From: a phage
Sequence record: MW984355.1
Direction: 5' to 3' (one strand)
DNA: 417 nt
Position numbers and translations under genes: made by a program. Below the pieces are notes generated by a model. It saw only the letters and a program-made list of their open reading frames with translations, was not told where the DNA came from and did not search any database. The stretch's first letter is position 1. Each line of letters starts with the position of its first letter. This document shows, piece after piece, positions 1 through 417 of this stretch.

Positions 1-42
1 TTTTCGCAATTTTCTTTAGTGGTACCTTTCTATTCTCACTCT
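1..42 (+). other. gIII: C-terminal part of the pIII signal peptide (...LVVPFYSHS); leader peptidase cleavage expected after codon 40-42 (Ser)
   Basis: Codons 19-42 read GTG GTA CCT TTC TAT TCT CAC TCT = VVPFYSHS, the known end of the pIII leader, with the silent changes that create a KpnI site in display vectors. Positions 1-15 read FSQFS instead of the expected LFAIP; see findings. Confidence 0.85.
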
Positions 43-417
43 TCTGATCCTGTTGCTTTGTCTTATTGGCTGGCTCGTGGTGGAGGTTCGGCCGAAACTG
101 TTGAAAGTTGTTTAGCAAAATCCCATACAGAAAATTCATTTACTAACGTCTGGAAAGACGACAAAACTTTAGATCGTTACGCTAACTATGAGGGCTGTCT
201 GTGGAATGCTACAGGCGTTGTAGTTTGTACTGGTGACGAAACTCAGTGTTACGGTACATGGGTTCCTATTGGGCTTGCTATCCCTGAAAATGAGGGTGGT
301 GGCTCTGAGGGTGGCGGTTCTGAGGGTGGCGGTTCTGAGGGTGGCGGTACTAAACCTCCTGAGTACGGTGATACACCTATTCCGGGCTATACTTATATCA
401 ACCTCTCGACGCTGCAC
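1..417 (+). CDS. gIII: Filamentous phage minor coat protein pIII (g3p), partial at both ends, with an N-terminal 12-mer display insert and GGGS spacer (recombinant fusion)
   Basis: Frame 1 is open across the whole window. Translation: FSQFSLVVPFYSHS | SDPVALSYWLAR | GGGS | AETVESCLAKSHTENSFTNVWKDDKTLDRYANYEGCLWNATGVVVCTGDETQCYGTWVPIGLAIPEN | EGGGSEGGGSEGGGSEGGGT | KPPEYGDTPIPGYTYIN... This matches the signal peptide end, N1 domain, glycine-rich linker and N2 start of pIII as I recall them. The four N1 cysteine codons (TGT at 109-111, 196-198, 226-228, 247-249) are at the expected positions. Not in the ORF track, probably because the frame has no stop inside the window. Confidence 0.93.
21..26. 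other. KpnI/Acc65I recognition site (GGTACC), engineered 5' library cloning site
   Basis: GGTACC at 21-26 inside the leader codons. Wild-type gene III has GTT GTT CCT here as I recall; M13KE-type vectors carry GTG GTA CCT. Confidence 0.85.
43..78 (+). other. Displayed random-library peptide insert, 12 codons, encoding SDPVALSYWLAR
   Basis: TCT GAT CCT GTT GCT TTG TCT TAT TGG CTG GCT CGT lies exactly between the leader end (..CACTCT) and the spacer GGTGGAGGTTCG. Every codon ends in T or G (NNK pattern), and the length is 36 nt. Confidence 0.88.
79..90 (+). other. Synthetic Gly-Gly-Gly-Ser spacer between the displayed peptide and mature pIII
   Basis: GGT GGA GGT TCG = GGGS immediately upstream of GCC GAA ACT (AET, the mature pIII N-terminus). 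The last codon overlaps the EagI site. Confidence 0.88.
89..94. other. EagI recognition site (CGGCCG), engineered 3' library cloning site
   Basis: CGGCCG at 89-94, spanning the spacer Ser codon and the Ala1 codon of mature pIII, as in M13KE-type vectors. Confidence 0.85.
91..291 (+). other. gIII: pIII N1 domain (mature residues 1-67; the TolA-interacting domain)
   Basis: AETVESCLAKSHTENSFTNVWKDDKTLDRYANYEGCLWNATGVVVCTGDETQCYGTWVPIGLAIPEN, with four Cys at the positions of the two N1 disulfides. Domain function is from established knowledge of g3p, not from the sequence. Confidence 0.9.
292..351 (+). repeat. gIII: Four tandem 15-bp units encoding the pIII glycine-rich linker between N1 and N2 (EGGGS EGGGS EGGGS EGGGT)
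   Basis: gagggtggtggctct (292-306), gagggtggcggttct (307-321), gagggtggcggttct (322-336), gagggtggcggtact (337-351). The two middle copies are identical; the outer ones differ at 2 and 1 positions. Confidence 0.95.
352..417 (+). other. gIII: N-terminal part of the pIII N2 domain (F-pilus binding), truncated by the window edge
   Basis: KPPEYGDTPIPGYTYIN matches the start of N2. The last 5 codons (LSTLH) do not match the expected PLDGT; see findings. Confidence 0.8.

Noticed and set aside
43-78. The insert as a natural pIII N-terminal extension from a divergent wild filamentous phage
   Set aside because: The insert sits exactly at the leader-peptidase junction between two engineered restriction sites, is followed by a GGGS spacer, and shows a 12/12 NNK third-base pattern. 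This is the signature of a synthetic library, not natural divergence.
292-351. The GC-rich 15-bp tandem repeat as a CRISPR-like or regulatory repeat array
   Set aside because: The units are directly adjacent with no spacers, in frame, and encode the well-known Gly/Ser-rich pIII interdomain linker.
169-417. Minus-strand 82-aa ORF from the supplied track (MQRREVDISIARNRCITVLRRFSTATLRTATLRTATLR...)
   Set aside because: It is entirely antisense to the gene III reading frame, which is open across the whole window. Its putative start is a GTG at the window edge, and its repeat motif is the reverse-complement reading of the pIII glycine-linker repeat. There is no independent support for it as a gene.
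1-417. Possibility that the window holds a novel natural system (e.g. a defence or accessory module)
   Set aside because: Every part of the window is accounted for by the pIII display fusion: known leader, engineered KpnI/EagI sites, NNK-pattern insert, synthetic GGGS spacer and pIII N1/linker/N2. Nothing is left unexplained.

Overview
This window is not a natural accessory locus. It is the 5' part of filamentous phage (M13/fd/f1) gene III, the minor coat protein pIII, in the form used for N-terminal peptide phage display. The layout matches M13KE / Ph.D.-12-type vectors. In + strand frame 1 the whole window is open (139 codons, no stops) and reads: end of the pIII signal peptide (...VVPFYSHS), a 36-nt insert encoding the 12-mer SDPVALSYWLAR, a GGGS spacer, then mature pIII (AETVESCLAK...). 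Mature pIII continues through the N1 domain, the (EGGGS)-type glycine-rich linker and the first residues of the N2 domain. Three things mark it as engineered: a KpnI/Acc65I site (21-26) and an EagI site (89-94) bracket the insert, all 12 insert codons obey the NNK rule, and the spacer is synthetic. The single ORF in the supplied track (minus strand, 169-417) is an antisense artefact. Both window ends (about 1-15 and 402-417) differ from the gene III sequence as I recall it, which looks like read-end error. I find no novel natural system; the only clone-specific information is the displayed peptide.
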